DNA from: a virus
Virus record (IMG/VR): IMGVR_UViG_3300042885_000570
Location: 21,149 to 85,148 of that record
Length of the DNA stretch: 64,000 nt
Direction: 5' to 3' (one strand)
The first letter of the stretch is position 1; the number at the start of each line of letters is the position of its first letter. Made by a program: the position numbers and the translations under genes. The notes under the pieces were generated by a model that ran no database searches, was not told the origin of the DNA, and worked only from the letters and a program-made list of their open reading frames with translations. This document shows, piece by piece, positions 50,052-60,212 of the stretch.

Positions 50052-50342
50052 TTATAAAGTATTTGCTTGTTCTACAAATGAATCAAATTCTAGTTTTTGC
50101 TCTGGTGTCATATCATCATATGGATATTCAACAAATTCAGCAGTAGCATTTAAACTATTTGTTTCCGTAAATTTAATAACCCTTTTAATTGGATTACTAA
50201 TATTGAATGTAAATAATTTTGAACCCTCTAAATAAGTGAAATCAACTCCTACAAATTGTGACAGTTCAAGAGTTTTATCAAGTTGAAATTGCTCATTATA
50301 GCAATAAACTTGCGTATCTATTATATCTATTTTCTCTATCAT
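50052..50342 (-). CDS. Hypothetical protein, possible fibre chaperone (96 aa)
   Basis: Small acidic ORF coupled to the fibre gene. Confidence 0.5.
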   Translation of the reverse strand: MIEKIDIIDTQVYCYNEQFQLDKTLELSQFVGVDFTYLEGSKLFTFNISNPIKRVIKFTETNSLNATAEFVEYPYDDMTPEQKLEFDSFVEQANTL

Positions 50343-52792
50343 TATATTAATATATTACCTTGATTATCACTTGTGTTTGTTATTCCTTGAATTATGTTAG
50401 TTGAATTAACCGCTGTTGTTGATCCCTTATACACGTTACTTGAATACTTCCAAGTTGAACCAGGATACCCAGTTATACAATAAGCAGATGCGTTTGTTAC
50501 CTCTAAGAATGAATTTAAAATTTCCCTAGCTCCCAAAGCATTTGTTGATGTACAATGTCCTCCTACATTGTTCCATAAACATCTTACAGTTGAATTATAA
50601 ATACTTGAAGAATTAGTTGCTACAGATGAAGTTGATTGAGTATAACTATTGTACAATGTAGCGGTAGCTCCATAGTTACTAGAAGAAATAAGAGTTGAAT
50701 TATAAAATGTTCCAGAACCACCAATTCCTGATGTTGAAATTCCTACACAACTTCTACCTTCGCCAGATAAACCTGTACCAGATGTTGATATACCAGTGCA
50801 ATTAGTTATTCTTTGTGCGGATATACCAATTCCTGATGTTGAAATACCAGTACATTCATAAACTTCTCCATTAGATGCTATACCGTTTCCTGACACAGCT
50901 CTTCCTGTAGAATTATAAAGAAAACCTACAGGTGTATTTATACCAGTTCCTGTACCAGTTGATTCAAAATAAGAATCATAAACTCTAACATTTCCTAAAC
51001 CATCATACATTCCATCTAAATATCCTATACCGTGTGCATTATATATAATTCCCATTCCAACACAACAATATCCAAAATCATTTAAAAATGATGCATTAAA
51101 ACATTTTATTTTAGCATTACCATCTTGAAAACTTAAAACATTACCTGTACCAGTTCCAACGGTTCTTCCAGTTCTTACTACTTTTAAATTATATAATTCA
51201 ACTGTTCCAGATAACGCAAATGTAAGTGCATTAGTTCCATCATTCACACTTAATGTATAAGTATGTCCGTTTCCATTAATATTAACACCATTTTTTAAAG
51301 TAATTGTAACTGAACCAGTTTCTGCAATATCAGCAAACATCTCTACTGTTTGACCGCTAACCGCAGCAGTCATAGCAAGACTTAATGTAGCATAATAAGT
51401 ATAAACACCACTTGCATTTGCTATTCCACAAACACCGCTAGTTGATGATGGTGTCGCCCATTGAGCTTTACCATCTGATGTTATACAAGTTAATACTTTA
51501 CCTACTCCTTCAGTACCATCAGTTAATTGTAATGAGTAATTACTTGTAGCTCCTGTTGCTGCAAATTTTCCTCCTATATTTTCAACACTTGTTCCTTGTG
51601 TAATACCTGATACTCCAATATTTAATAAACTGTTAGTAGAAGCAGCTCCTTGTACTCCAACATTTTTTCCTGCGATATTTGTACCATATGCTTGTCCATC
51701 TACACCAATTTGAGTTCCTGAACCTGCGTATGTATTATATCCTGAAATAGCTGAAGCTTGCGCATTTGCCTGTACAAGAAGTTTTTTAGTAACATCTACT
51801 ACTGTATTTCCAATAGCAGCAACAGTTCCGTTATCTAATATAATAGAATCTCCAATACTAAATCCAGATCCAGTAAACTTAGATAAATAATTTGTAGTCC
51901 CTGAACCAGTTACTGTACCAATATTCCAAGTTCTATCTGCTGATAGATCAAATGTAGTACCATTAATAGTTATATTTCTTGTTGCTGGTACTTTAGCATT
52001 AAATACTGCAAAGTCAGAAGAAGATAAATAACCATCTGCTATTGCTGATGCTTGTGCAATACTAATAGCTGGTGTTAATCCTCCTGAAGATACAACAGGT
52101 GCTGTACCTGTAACTGAAGTAACTGCTCCTGTAGGTATAACTTGATTTAATGTAGTTAATCCTACTGAGTAATGTTGACTACCTTCTGTTCTAAAGTTTA
52201 CCGTTTGAGATACACCTGTTGTGTTCTCTACATTAATCTTAACAACAATTCTATCTGTTGTAAGAAGTGTTGTTGCTGGAAATACACCGTCAGATACATA
52301 CATAGTAGTAGTAGTTGACATTCCTGTAACTATCTCAGGATCAGGAGTAAAAATTAATGTTTCTGTTCCTCCTAAATCTCTCTTGTATACTGTAGGTCTA
52401 ATTATCCAATTTTGACCTGCTGCTACTGCATCAAAATGTAAAAAGAATTGCCATAATCCTCCAGGTATTTGTGTAGTACCTGGTATATTACTAGGAGTTT
52501 GATATTCAGCAATTACTGAAGTTGCTCCTGCTAACACTGTTAATGGTATAACTTGTTCTACCGCACTAGCAACAATTGATGAAAATTCTTTATAAGGAGC
52601 TTGATCTACAGTTTGGTTTAAGTAATATGTAGTATTACCTGATCCACCAGGAATAGTAACTGTAACATCACCATCTACTGTAGATGCATTAACACCTGAA
52701 CCTACAAAATCAATACTGTTTACATCTGCCGTTATTATTGCAGATTCTTCTAAAACTGCAATTCTTTTTTTTATGTTTATTTCTGTACTCAT
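50342..52792 (-). CDS. Tail fibre/spike with beta-helix repeats (816 aa)
   Basis: VTSVTGTAPVVSSGG..P.ISI..A...DGYLSS.D fibre motif; CTGISTSGxG repeats. Confidence 0.7.
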   Translation of the reverse strand: MSTEINIKKRIAVLEESAIITADVNSIDFVGSGVNASTVDGDVTVTIPGGSGNTTYYLNQTVDQAPYKEFSSIVASAVEQVIPLTVLAGATSVIAEYQTPSNIPGTTQIPGGLWQFFLHFDAVAAGQNWIIRPTVYKRDLGGTETLIFTPDPEIVTGMSTTTTMYVSDGVFPATTLLTTDRIVVKINVENTTGVSQTVNFRTEGSQHYSVGLTTLNQVIPTGAVTSVTGTAPVVSSGGLTPAISIAQASAIADGYLSSSDFAVFNAKVPATRNITINGTTFDLSADRTWNIGTVTGSGTTNYLSKFTGSGFSIGDSIILDNGTVAAIGNTVVDVTKKLLVQANAQASAISGYNTYAGSGTQIGVDGQAYGTNIAGKNVGVQGAASTNSLLNIGVSGITQGTSVENIGGKFAATGATSNYSLQLTDGTEGVGKVLTCITSDGKAQWATPSSTSGVCGIANASGVYTYYATLSLAMTAAVSGQTVEMFADIAETGSVTITLKNGVNINGNGHTYTLSVNDGTNALTFALSGTVELYNLKVVRTGRTVGTGTGNVLSFQDGNAKIKCFNASFLNDFGYCCVGMGIIYNAHGIGYLDGMYDGLGNVRVYDSYFESTGTGTGINTPVGFLYNSTGRAVSGNGIASNGEVYECTGISTSGIGISAQRITNCTGISTSGTGLSGEGRSCVGISTSGIGGSGTFYNSTLISSSNYGATATLYNSYTQSTSSVATNSSSIYNSTVRCLWNNVGGHCTSTNALGAREILNSFLEVTNASAYCITGYPGSTWKYSSNVYKGSTTAVNSTNIIQGITNTSDNQGNILI

Positions 52793-52803
52793 CTTAATAT
52801 GTT

Positions 52804-54054
52804 TTATCTACTTACTTCTTCCCAATCTAATGAAACATATGCTCCTAAAGTTCCTCCTGTAGCATCAATAGCCATTTCAATAACCAATTCAAGAGGTGTA
52901 CTTGTAAAAGTATTTCTTTCTAACTGACTAGCAAATATTGCCTCTTTTAATATATTGATACTTGGAGAACCTTGATTGGATGAATTTACATATCCTTGTG
53001 CTAATACTCTACCCCCCGTAACAGATGTTCCTGTAAGATTATATTCTACAGCAGAATCTGCTCCTGCTGATGTCCATGCACCTCCTGTTGTTATAGCAGA
53101 TTGTACAATTCTCCATGCATAGTTTTTACCATTACCAATTCCTAATAAAGATACCGCTGTAGTTATAACTATAGCATCTAATGTAGTAGCTTTAAGTCTT
53201 ATTCCCACCATTGGATAATACGTTCCAGCTACAGCAAATGTTTTAGGTGTTGTGATAGGTGTTCCAATAGCTTGTTGCGCTCCTCTAAGCTCATAACCTC
53301 CTTCAGATATTGCAGTAGAACAAACTTGTTTTAATGTACTAGCACTAGCTGTTACTCCTGTATTAGTTATCTCATATCTTAATGGTAATGAAGCTGTAGT
53401 GATATAAGTAGAAGTAATTAAATTAGCGTGATTAAATCTATGACATACAATAAAGTTACCGTCTATAACAAAACCTACTCTAACAGTACCTTCTCCTAAC
53501 CACTCAATATCCATGAATAATATTTGAGCTTTGGTTATATCTAAAGTCACTCCTGATGGACCATTACCATCTAAGGTATCAGCATTCCAAGAAGCTTGAT
53601 TAACTACTGATTCTGTAACTACACCTGTAACTAAACTTCTTTCTACAAAGCTTAAAGTACTATTGTTTAACTGAATGTATATTCCATTCTGTGTACCAAA
53701 GTAACCTACTCTCTGTCTTAGATTGGTTTGAGCAGGAGCCATTACAAATGTATTTAGTACTAGTAATGACTTACCTGGTTGATATGACATTACTTTAAAT
53801 GTTTCTCTTAGTACTTGAGATCCACTTGTAGTATCTACATTTAGATTTACTAATCCTTCATTTGCACTAAATACAGCTGCTCCTCCACTTGCAGTAGAGG
53901 TAGCCCACAGACCATTGTCTTTGTATCTATTTGATGAATCAAATAGTGTTAAAGGGTTTGATACACGCAACCTACCAAATGCATCTCCCAACATTGGATC
54001 ATTCTTCAAAATAGAAGAACTACTTGATCCGCTATATGTTATAGCAGTACTCAT
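52804..54054 (-). CDS. Virion structural protein, DAFGRLRVS family (416 aa)
   Basis: DAFGRLRVSNPLTLFDS...YQPGKS...EWLG.G.VRVGF motifs. Confidence 0.6.
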   Translation of the reverse strand: MSTAITYSGSSSSSILKNDPMLGDAFGRLRVSNPLTLFDSSNRYKDNGLWATSTASGGAAVFSANEGLVNLNVDTTSGSQVLRETFKVMSYQPGKSLLVLNTFVMAPAQTNLRQRVGYFGTQNGIYIQLNNSTLSFVERSLVTGVVTESVVNQASWNADTLDGNGPSGVTLDITKAQILFMDIEWLGEGTVRVGFVIDGNFIVCHRFNHANLITSTYITTASLPLRYEITNTGVTASASTLKQVCSTAISEGGYELRGAQQAIGTPITTPKTFAVAGTYYPMVGIRLKATTLDAIVITTAVSLLGIGNGKNYAWRIVQSAITTGGAWTSAGADSAVEYNLTGTSVTGGRVLAQGYVNSSNQGSPSINILKEAIFASQLERNTFTSTPLELVIEMAIDATGGTLGAYVSLDWEEVSR

Positions 54055-54728
54055 TACGAATTAAATATAATCACTAATTCAGTACCTGTACCATTATAAG
54101 AAATAGTACCTGCAGCATAACTGTTATTTAAAGCTCCTGCAGTAAAGTTTAATGTTTCACTTGGCTTAATTGTTTCACCTAGTATAGTACCATTTGCAGA
54201 TCCTACGTTAGACACTGAAAAGTCATATACTAAAGGAGCAATAGTTCCTGATCCTGTAGCTCTAACTAGATTAGGTGTTCTTGTTACAGACGTAGTATTA
54301 GTTACTAATTGTGCAGCATTTGAATCTACACTAAGCAATGTAGTTTCAGTAGCTAGTCCTGTTGTGTTACTTACAATTTGTGCTAGATAAGTATTAGGAT
54401 TGATATACGTTATTGGTGCAACAGGTGTACCTGGAGTATTTGTTCCTGCTAAATAATAAACTGGTGGATCAAATGTTCCGGTACCTGCATTATAAATTCT
54501 TACCTCCAACCAAGTAACATCATTAGCATCAATAACTAAAGCTGCTTCATATTCAGTTCCTGCTTGAATTGCAGTTAATATTTGGTTAAGTAATGAATCT
54601 ACATTACTTGTATTTGTGTTAATATCAGTAAGGTTATCACATGCACACTCTTGACCAAATAGCATTTTTAATTGCCATGGCATGTTTGTCCCTTTACCAC
54701 CGTATGTTTTTAAATTTCCTACAGACAT
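54054..54728 (-). CDS. Structural protein (~224 aa)
   Basis: Probable start MSVGNLKTYGG at 54728; the track's start at 54800 lies in the terminator/promoter region. Confidence 0.55.
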   Translation of the reverse strand: MSVGNLKTYGGKGTNMPWQLKMLFGQECACDNLTDINTNTSNVDSLLNQILTAIQAGTEYEAALVIDANDVTWLEVRIYNAGTGTFDPPVYYLAGTNTPGTPVAPITYINPNTYLAQIVSNTTGLATETTLLSVDSNAAQLVTNTTSVTRTPNLVRATGSGTIAPLVYDFSVSNVGSANGTILGETIKPSETLNFTAGALNNSYAAGTISYNGTGTELVIIFNS

Positions 54729-54783
54729 AATAATTGATTTATATATAATAATATACAGAAAACTTTCTATATAAGCAAATATA

Positions 54784-54811
54784 AAAAAGAAAAGCCACAT
54801 CTCTGTGGCTA
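54784..54811 (-). terminator. Intrinsic terminator
   Basis: AGCCACA / TGTGGCT stem plus U-tract. Confidence 0.65.
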
Positions 54812-54817
54812 TTGCTT

Positions 54818-54964
54818 TTAATTTTCTTGAACTAGTTGAGGTTCTGCAAATAGAACTCCTAATGCTTGTGTTATCATAGCTGCATCTTGTAAACTAAATG
54901 CTCCTTTAAGGAATGCTTGATTTAAAGCTTGTTCAACTACTTGTTTTGCATCTTCTGATTTCAT
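54818..54964 (-). CDS. 48-aa hypothetical protein
   Basis: Hand-translated MKSEDAKQVVEQALNQAFLKGAFSLQDAAMITQALGVLFAEPQLVQEN; ATGA overlap. Confidence 0.65.
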   Translation of the reverse strand: MKSEDAKQVVEQALNQAFLKGAFSLQDAAMITQALGVLFAEPQLVQEN

Positions 54965-55179
54965 ATTTTTTGTAATTCAGTTACTTGTTTTTTAGTAAGT
55001 CCTGCAACAAACCATTCTTTAGCTAACATAATTCTGATGTGCTCTTCATTACGTGCTACTGTTGCTGTTTCTTCTTCAGTTAAAGTCTCTTTTGCTTTTA
55101 ACTCAGTGATTAATGCTACACTATCGTATGCTGCTGATACTGATTTTGCTACTTGCTCTGTTGTTAATTCTAATTCCAT
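54961..55179 (-). CDS. Fibre-associated small protein (72 aa)
   Basis: AAYDSV.LI...RNEEHIRIMLAKEWF motif, directly downstream of a fibre gene. Confidence 0.55.
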   Translation of the reverse strand: MELELTTEQVAKSVSAAYDSVALITELKAKETLTEEETATVARNEEHIRIMLAKEWFVAGLTKKQVTELQKI

Positions 55180-55219
55180 GATATTTATTTTTTTGTAAAG
55201 TTAATATATTTATTATTTA

Positions 55220-57166
55220 TTATGCTAATAAAATTTTTCTTGCTACACCGTTGATAACTACATTCCATACTTGAGTAGAGGTGTTTACTTCTGATGCTAC
55301 TGAACCTGCGTTTGTACCTACTGATCCTACAACAAATTGATTAGATCCAGGAGATGATGCCCCAAAACCAAGTATAACTGATCCACTGAAATTACCTGTA
55401 AATGTTGATGAACCTACTAAAGTATTACTACTACCTGTTGTATTTGTAGTACCTGAACTAGTTCCTACAGAAACATTGTTTGTACCTGTAGTATTATTTG
55501 GTAATGCATCTGTACCGATTGCAACATTGTTTATACCTGTTGTATTTAACACTGCTGACCTGTTACCTACAGCAACATTGCTTGTACCTGTAGTACTTGT
55601 ATATAATGCTGCTACACCAATTGCAACACTATCTGATCCACTTATATTTGAATATAATGCATTAAACCCATTAGCTGTATTATTAGACCCAGTAGTATTT
55701 AATCTTAATGTACTTGTACCAACTGCTGTATTCTCAGCACCTGTACTATTTGAGAATAAAGAATTTTTACCTACTGCAATATTACTATTACCCGTTATAT
55801 TATTATATAATGCCTGTGAGCCAACTGCTGTATTATCTGCACCAGTTGTATTTTGTCTTAAAGCTTGTAGCCCTAATGCATTGTTATAGTTTCCTGTAGT
55901 ATTACTGTATAAAGCTTGTCTACCTACGGCAACATTATAACTTGCAGTTGTATTAGAATACAATGCCTCAACACCAATAGCTACTGATTGACCACCTGTA
56001 GTATTATTAAGTAATGAATTATTACCAATTCCAATATTTAGTATACCGGTTGTATTATTATATAAAGTACTATATCCAACTGCTAAATTTTGATCAACAT
56101 TATTGTTATATAATGCATAACCACCAATACCAATATTTGTAGAACTAGTAACATTATTTAATAAAGAATAAGAACCTAATCCTATATTAAAAATACCTTC
56201 AGTATTATTACGTAATGCTTGAAATCCTTGTGCTATGTTATAACTACCTGTAGTATTATTACTTAATGCACTAGAGCCAACTGCTGTATTTTGTGCTCCT
56301 GTAGTATTATTTATTAAACTAAAGTATCCAAGCGCAGTATTATCAGAACTAGTTGTATTACTAGCTAAAGATGCTCGACCAACTGCCGTGTTATTAGTTC
56401 CTGTAGTATTACTTGATAAAGCAGCTCCTCCAATTGCAGTATTACTTGTACCAGTAGTATTACTTGATAAACTAAAACCTCCAATAGCTAAAAGACTTGA
56501 TCCAGTAGTATTTGCTTGTAATGCATTTCTTCCTATTGCAATACTAGAATTTGTTGTAGTATTATATAATGTATTAGTACCAATTGCTATATTATCTGCT
56601 GCAGTAATATTTGTTCTAAGTGCATATGCACCAATTCCAATATTACTAAATCCTGTAGTATTACTATACAATGTTTGATAACCAATTGCAACATTAGCAT
56701 CACCTGTAGTATTTACTCTTAATGCTAACTCACCATATGACGTATTAGTAGCAATATTACCATTACCATTATTCCATATTGTTTTATCACCCGCATTATA
56801 TTCTAACCAAGCAGGTAATGTACTACCAGCATAATTAGGAATATTTAATGTTGATCCTATTAATGTAGCAGGACCAGATGAACCTGTTGTAGTTAAAGTA
56901 ATATTATTCTGTTTAGCATTTAATAAAGATATTAAATCACCTTGAGTATTAATGTTACCAGAAATAGATCCCCAAGCTGCTGTTGCAGGAGGTAATAAAC
57001 TAGCAACACTACTAACTAAATCAGTTGTAGTTATTAATGCTGGTTGGTAATTACCATAGAAGTTTGGATCTCTTACACCTACCGTGAACAAGTCAGTTGC
57101 TTCTAATAGTGTTCTAACCTTTCTATTATTAATAAGGTTAGTATAGTTTGTTATATTATTTAACAT
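55220..57166 (-). CDS. Long tail fibre with ~30 YadA/Hep_Hag-like 14-aa repeats (648 aa)
   Basis: Tandem NTTGxxNxAxGxxAL repeats; WGSISG.I..Q.DL...LNAKQ motif. Confidence 0.75.
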   Translation of the reverse strand: MLNNITNYTNLINNRKVRTLLEATDLFTVGVRDPNFYGNYQPALITTTDLVSSVASLLPPATAAWGSISGNINTQGDLISLLNAKQNNITLTTTGSSGPATLIGSTLNIPNYAGSTLPAWLEYNAGDKTIWNNGNGNIATNTSYGELALRVNTTGDANVAIGYQTLYSNTTGFSNIGIGAYALRTNITAADNIAIGTNTLYNTTTNSSIAIGRNALQANTTGSSLLAIGGFSLSSNTTGTSNTAIGGAALSSNTTGTNNTAVGRASLASNTTSSDNTALGYFSLINNTTGAQNTAVGSSALSNNTTGSYNIAQGFQALRNNTEGIFNIGLGSYSLLNNVTSSTNIGIGGYALYNNNVDQNLAVGYSTLYNNTTGILNIGIGNNSLLNNTTGGQSVAIGVEALYSNTTASYNVAVGRQALYSNTTGNYNNALGLQALRQNTTGADNTAVGSQALYNNITGNSNIAVGKNSLFSNSTGAENTAVGTSTLRLNTTGSNNTANGFNALYSNISGSDSVAIGVAALYTSTTGTSNVAVGNRSAVLNTTGINNVAIGTDALPNNTTGTNNVSVGTSSGTTNTTGSSNTLVGSSTFTGNFSGSVILGFGASSPGSNQFVVGSVGTNAGSVASEVNTSTQVWNVVINGVARKILLA

Positions 57167-57188
57167 AGCTTTATATATTATATATATT

Positions 57189-57223
57189 AAAATACCACAA
57201 ATATACTATATCTGTGGTATTTA
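57189..57223 (-). terminator. Terminator-like hairpin overlapping a TATATTTG element
   Basis: AAATACCACA / TGTGGTATTT inverted repeat. Confidence 0.55.
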
Positions 57224-57242
57224 TTTTTTTAATGTTTTTTAC

Positions 57243-57479
57243 TTAAGGTAATATTTCAGGTACATGTGTAGTTTTAATATCTCCAGATTCACTATCATGG
57301 AAATATACACCTAATCCATATGCATCATATACATTTTTATTAGAATATGTATCATAATTAAAAATTTCAAATAATGCATTTAATGCTACTGCTTTTTCTT
57401 CTAATGATACTGAGTTATCCATCAATACTGATGCATATACTTTAATATTTGCTTCTCTTAATACAACTGGTAATGCCAT
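57243..57479 (-). CDS. Hypothetical protein (78 aa)
   Basis: ORF on the coding strand with an AT-rich leader. Confidence 0.55.
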   Translation of the reverse strand: MALPVVLREANIKVYASVLMDNSVSLEEKAVALNALFEIFNYDTYSNKNVYDAYGLGVYFHDSESGDIKTTHVPEILP

Positions 57480-57519
57480 GATATTTATTTTTTATAGTTT
57501 ATATTTATTTATTTATTTG

Positions 57520-58059
57520 TTAATTAATTGTGTATAATTCATAATATACATACAAATCACCATCCCAGTTATTAACCCCAGCTGTTGCAGGATTAGCATT
57601 ATAAAGATTAAACTCTAATCCAGTTGCAATTCCTGTAGTAATTAAATGTGGAATAGCATTGTCAGTTATAGTGTTTTTGTAATATACAGAATACTGTACA
57701 TATATATTATCTCTATTGGCTAAAGTAAGATCTAAATCTAAATTATCAATTGTGAAAGATACTGAAGTAGCATAAGCTGGATCAGGAGTTAAAGGAGCAG
57801 ATGATCCCATATTAAGAATATCAATAATACCACGGGGAGTATCTACTATTACAGTACTAGTAACTGCAATATCTAACTCATAGTGCTTAGTGTTACCAAC
57901 ATTACCTGATTGTACTGCATCATTTAATGTCATTGCTACTGTAAGATACTTATCATCTCTTTTAGTTGATGGTGCACCAACTGCAATTAGAGATCCATCT
58001 GGAAGTGTAGTAGTTACACGTTTTGCTTTAATCCAGGAAATAAAATTTAAAATGTCCAT
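57520..58059 (-). CDS. Structural / fibre-associated protein (~179 aa)
   Basis: Probable start MDILNFISWIK at 58059; beta-rich. Confidence 0.55.
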   Translation of the reverse strand: MDILNFISWIKAKRVTTTLPDGSLIAVGAPSTKRDDKYLTVAMTLNDAVQSGNVGNTKHYELDIAVTSTVIVDTPRGIIDILNMGSSAPLTPDPAYATSVSFTIDNLDLDLTLANRDNIYVQYSVYYKNTITDNAIPHLITTGIATGLEFNLYNANPATAGVNNWDGDLYVYYELYTIN

Positions 58060-58112
58060 AGTTGTTAATCTTTTTATTAATACATATAATATAATATACA
58101 CAATAATAATAT

Positions 58113-58182
58113 AAAAACAAAATCCCAGATAATTAATCTGGGACTTTCTTACCTATCTTGTCAATACGTTTAAATATTAGAG
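58113..58182 (-). ncRNA. Candidate sRNA copy A
   Basis: TATATTTA element at 58187-58194, no ORF, GACAAGATAGGTAAGAA followed by a terminator; homologous to 60614-60678. Confidence 0.5.
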
Positions 58183-58193
58183 CATGTAAATAT

Positions 58194-58232
58194 AAAAAAA
58201 ATTCCCAATAAGTATAAACTTATCAGGAATCT
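58194..58232 (-). terminator. Intrinsic terminator
   Basis: ATTCCTGATAAGT / ACTTATTGGGAAT stem plus U-tract. Confidence 0.7.
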
Positions 58233-58287
58233 TTTTTCAGCGAGAAAGACTGAGAGAAAAAAGGAGTGCTAATGTATATATAATATT

Positions 58288-58521
58288 TTAATTAATAAAC
58301 CTTCTACCACTCTTTTTTCTTATTCTTTTTGTTTTAACTAAACCGCGTCTTGCAGATACTCTATGTTTTATCATTGCATTTTTCATTCTTGCATCCTCAC
58401 CTCTTACAATTCTTTCTCTATTACCTAGATCAGAATTGTGAGTCTTACCTTGATTATAGTTAGGACCAACTATATGTGGGGCACATGAATACAGTAATAA
58501 TAAAACAATTAAACATCTCAT
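58288..58521 (-). CDS. Small lipoprotein (77 aa)
   Basis: MRCLIVLLLLYS-C lipobox; basic C-terminus. Confidence 0.6.
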   Translation of the reverse strand: MRCLIVLLLLYSCAPHIVGPNYNQGKTHNSDLGNRERIVRGEDARMKNAMIKHRVSARRGLVKTKRIRKKSGRRFIN

Positions 58522-58943
58522 TTTTTCAGTTCAGCAATTCTTCTTTTTAAATACACTTCAGCTTTTTCCAGATCCTCTAATTCTTTAGTAGCATCTTTTT
58601 TACCTGCTCTTGCAATATACTTGATAACATTACCTAAGTAAAAGTCTTTATCTAATCCCCATGCTTCAAGTACATTGAATACTTCATAAGTACTATTAAC
58701 TCCTCCATAATGAGAAGGTCTTAGTGCAGTATTAGGTACTGTAACTGCTTTAGGTTTTGCACCTCCAAAAGGATCTTTACCTACATAAGGATTAGAGTCA
58801 ACTCTTTTAAGGTAATCCTCATACATTACATTAGATTTATTTGCAGCAATCTCAGCCATAATTTTCATACTCTTTTTATATGTAGTAGAAGTCTCAGGTT
58901 TATCAACCATCTTCTTGTATGTGTTACAAACTAATTCAGACAT
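58518..58943 (-). CDS. DUF3310 domain protein (~141 aa)
   Basis: PSHY...FYLGNVIKYIARAGKK....EDLEKA..YL; probable start MSELVC at 58943. Confidence 0.85.
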   Translation of the reverse strand: MSELVCNTYKKMVDKPETSTTYKKSMKIMAEIAANKSNVMYEDYLKRVDSNPYVGKDPFGGAKPKAVTVPNTALRPSHYGGVNSTYEVFNVLEAWGLDKDFYLGNVIKYIARAGKKDATKELEDLEKAEVYLKRRIAELKK

Positions 58944-58944
58944 C

Positions 58945-59235
58945 TTACCAAACAATTGCAATATCATACTCACTAAGCATAAGCTTGATAGTTTCATCTA
59001 CTTCAATAACTTCTGCACCTTTAATTGCATTAACTGATACATAAACTGAATCACCTGCTGCTACAGTTTTAACTTCTTCACCTACTGCAAACACTTCTAA
59101 ACGTGTCCACTTTTTCATTGACTCTTGTTCAATGTGTGCTTTATCTGCTTCACTCAATTGGATAGCTGACTCTTTCATCTCTGGTTGGTTCACCAACACT
59201 CTACGTCCTTTTAGACTCTTAAACGCTGTACTCAT
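58945..59235 (-). CDS. groES: Co-chaperonin GroES-like protein (96 aa)
   Basis: LKGRRVLV...VFAVGEEVKTVAAGDSVY...LSEYDIAIV. Confidence 0.8.
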   Translation of the reverse strand: MSTAFKSLKGRRVLVNQPEMKESAIQLSEADKAHIEQESMKKWTRLEVFAVGEEVKTVAAGDSVYVSVNAIKGAEVIEVDETIKLMLSEYDIAIVW

Positions 59236-59240
59236 AATTT

Positions 59241-60200
59241 TTAGTTTTTATTATAACTTAACATATCTACTTTTAACTTTGGATAACACTTGTACCCCAC
59301 CAAGTTAAAGTCTTGTAAAGATAATAAATTTATTACACTATTAAAGTTTAAAGCTGATGGATTTTCCAAAAAAAGTTTAAACTTAGATTTATCTATTTCT
59401 AATCTGCTATCAAGATATAATTCTGGATCTCTAGCCATCAACTCTTTTGCTACCTCAATTTGGTTATCATATATATGGACATTCTTTAACTCTCCAATAA
59501 CTGCAATACATTTATATCCCGTGAATATTTCTAGTACTTGGGCTAGTGCTGCATAGAACATTACATTAACCGGAGTACCCAAGAAAAAATCTGTAGACCT
59601 TTGACTCCATGCAAGTGTGAACTTATAAGTATCTTCTACAGGCTGGCATATTACTTGGAATGAATAATGACACGGAGGTAAACACATCCTAGGTAAGTCT
59701 GCAGGATTCCAAGAGTTAACTATTAATGATGTTGACATAGGTGTATTAATCATGGAAGAAACAAGGTTATATAACTGATCAACTCCATTGGCATTTCTCC
59801 ATTGGTGTGAATAGATTCTACCCATACTATATATAGACGCTGAAGCTTTACTAGTGTGCTCCTTTTTCTTTGCTTTCCAACCTTCATATAAATAATTTGC
59901 AGAGGCCTCTGAGTACTCATGGAAGTTGGCCCAATCCTTATCCCAGAATCTAACACCCATTTCCCAAAGCTTCCTTATATCAGTAGAACCAGACATAAAG
60001 AATAACAACTCTGCTATTGCTCCTTTAAAATAAATCTCCTTTGTAGTTAATGCAGGAAAAGATATAGATGGTCTACAATAAATATTAATCATTGGGATCT
60101 CAATTCTCTCTACACCTTTTCTATTTGGATCCTGATACTTATACCCATTGTAATAAATCTCTTCTAATATCTTCTTGTATTGCCTATCAAATATTGCCAT
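59241..60200 (-). CDS. thyA: Thymidylate synthase (319 aa)
   Basis: FPALTTKE, ELLFF, LPPCH catalytic Cys, QRSTDFFLGTPVN, HIYDN. Confidence 0.92.
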   Translation of the reverse strand: MAIFDRQYKKILEEIYYNGYKYQDPNRKGVERIEIPMINIYCRPSISFPALTTKEIYFKGAIAELLFFMSGSTDIRKLWEMGVRFWDKDWANFHEYSEASANYLYEGWKAKKKEHTSKASASIYSMGRIYSHQWRNANGVDQLYNLVSSMINTPMSTSLIVNSWNPADLPRMCLPPCHYSFQVICQPVEDTYKFTLAWSQRSTDFFLGTPVNVMFYAALAQVLEIFTGYKCIAVIGELKNVHIYDNQIEVAKELMARDPELYLDSRLEIDKSKFKLFLENPSALNFNSVINLLSLQDFNLVGYKCYPKLKVDMLSYNKN

Positions 60201-60212
60201 AATATAACCCGT

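Noticed and set aside
22291-57166. Diversity-generating retroelement acting on the fibre C-termini
   Set aside because: No reverse transcriptase in the window, and the two similar C-termini differ at all base types rather than only at adenines
4221-59556. Plus-strand ORFs in the track (e.g. 4221, 7690, 12809, 24559, 32856, 33404, 55476, 59290)
   Set aside because: Antisense shadows of long minus-strand genes with no independent expression signals
59241-60200. dCMP hydroxymethylase / DNA hypermodification enzyme instead of ThyA
   Set aside because: Keeps the Asn of the dUMP-specificity motif (LGTPVN) and no modification genes are adjacent; a dUMP hydroxymethylase cannot be fully excluded without a phylogeny
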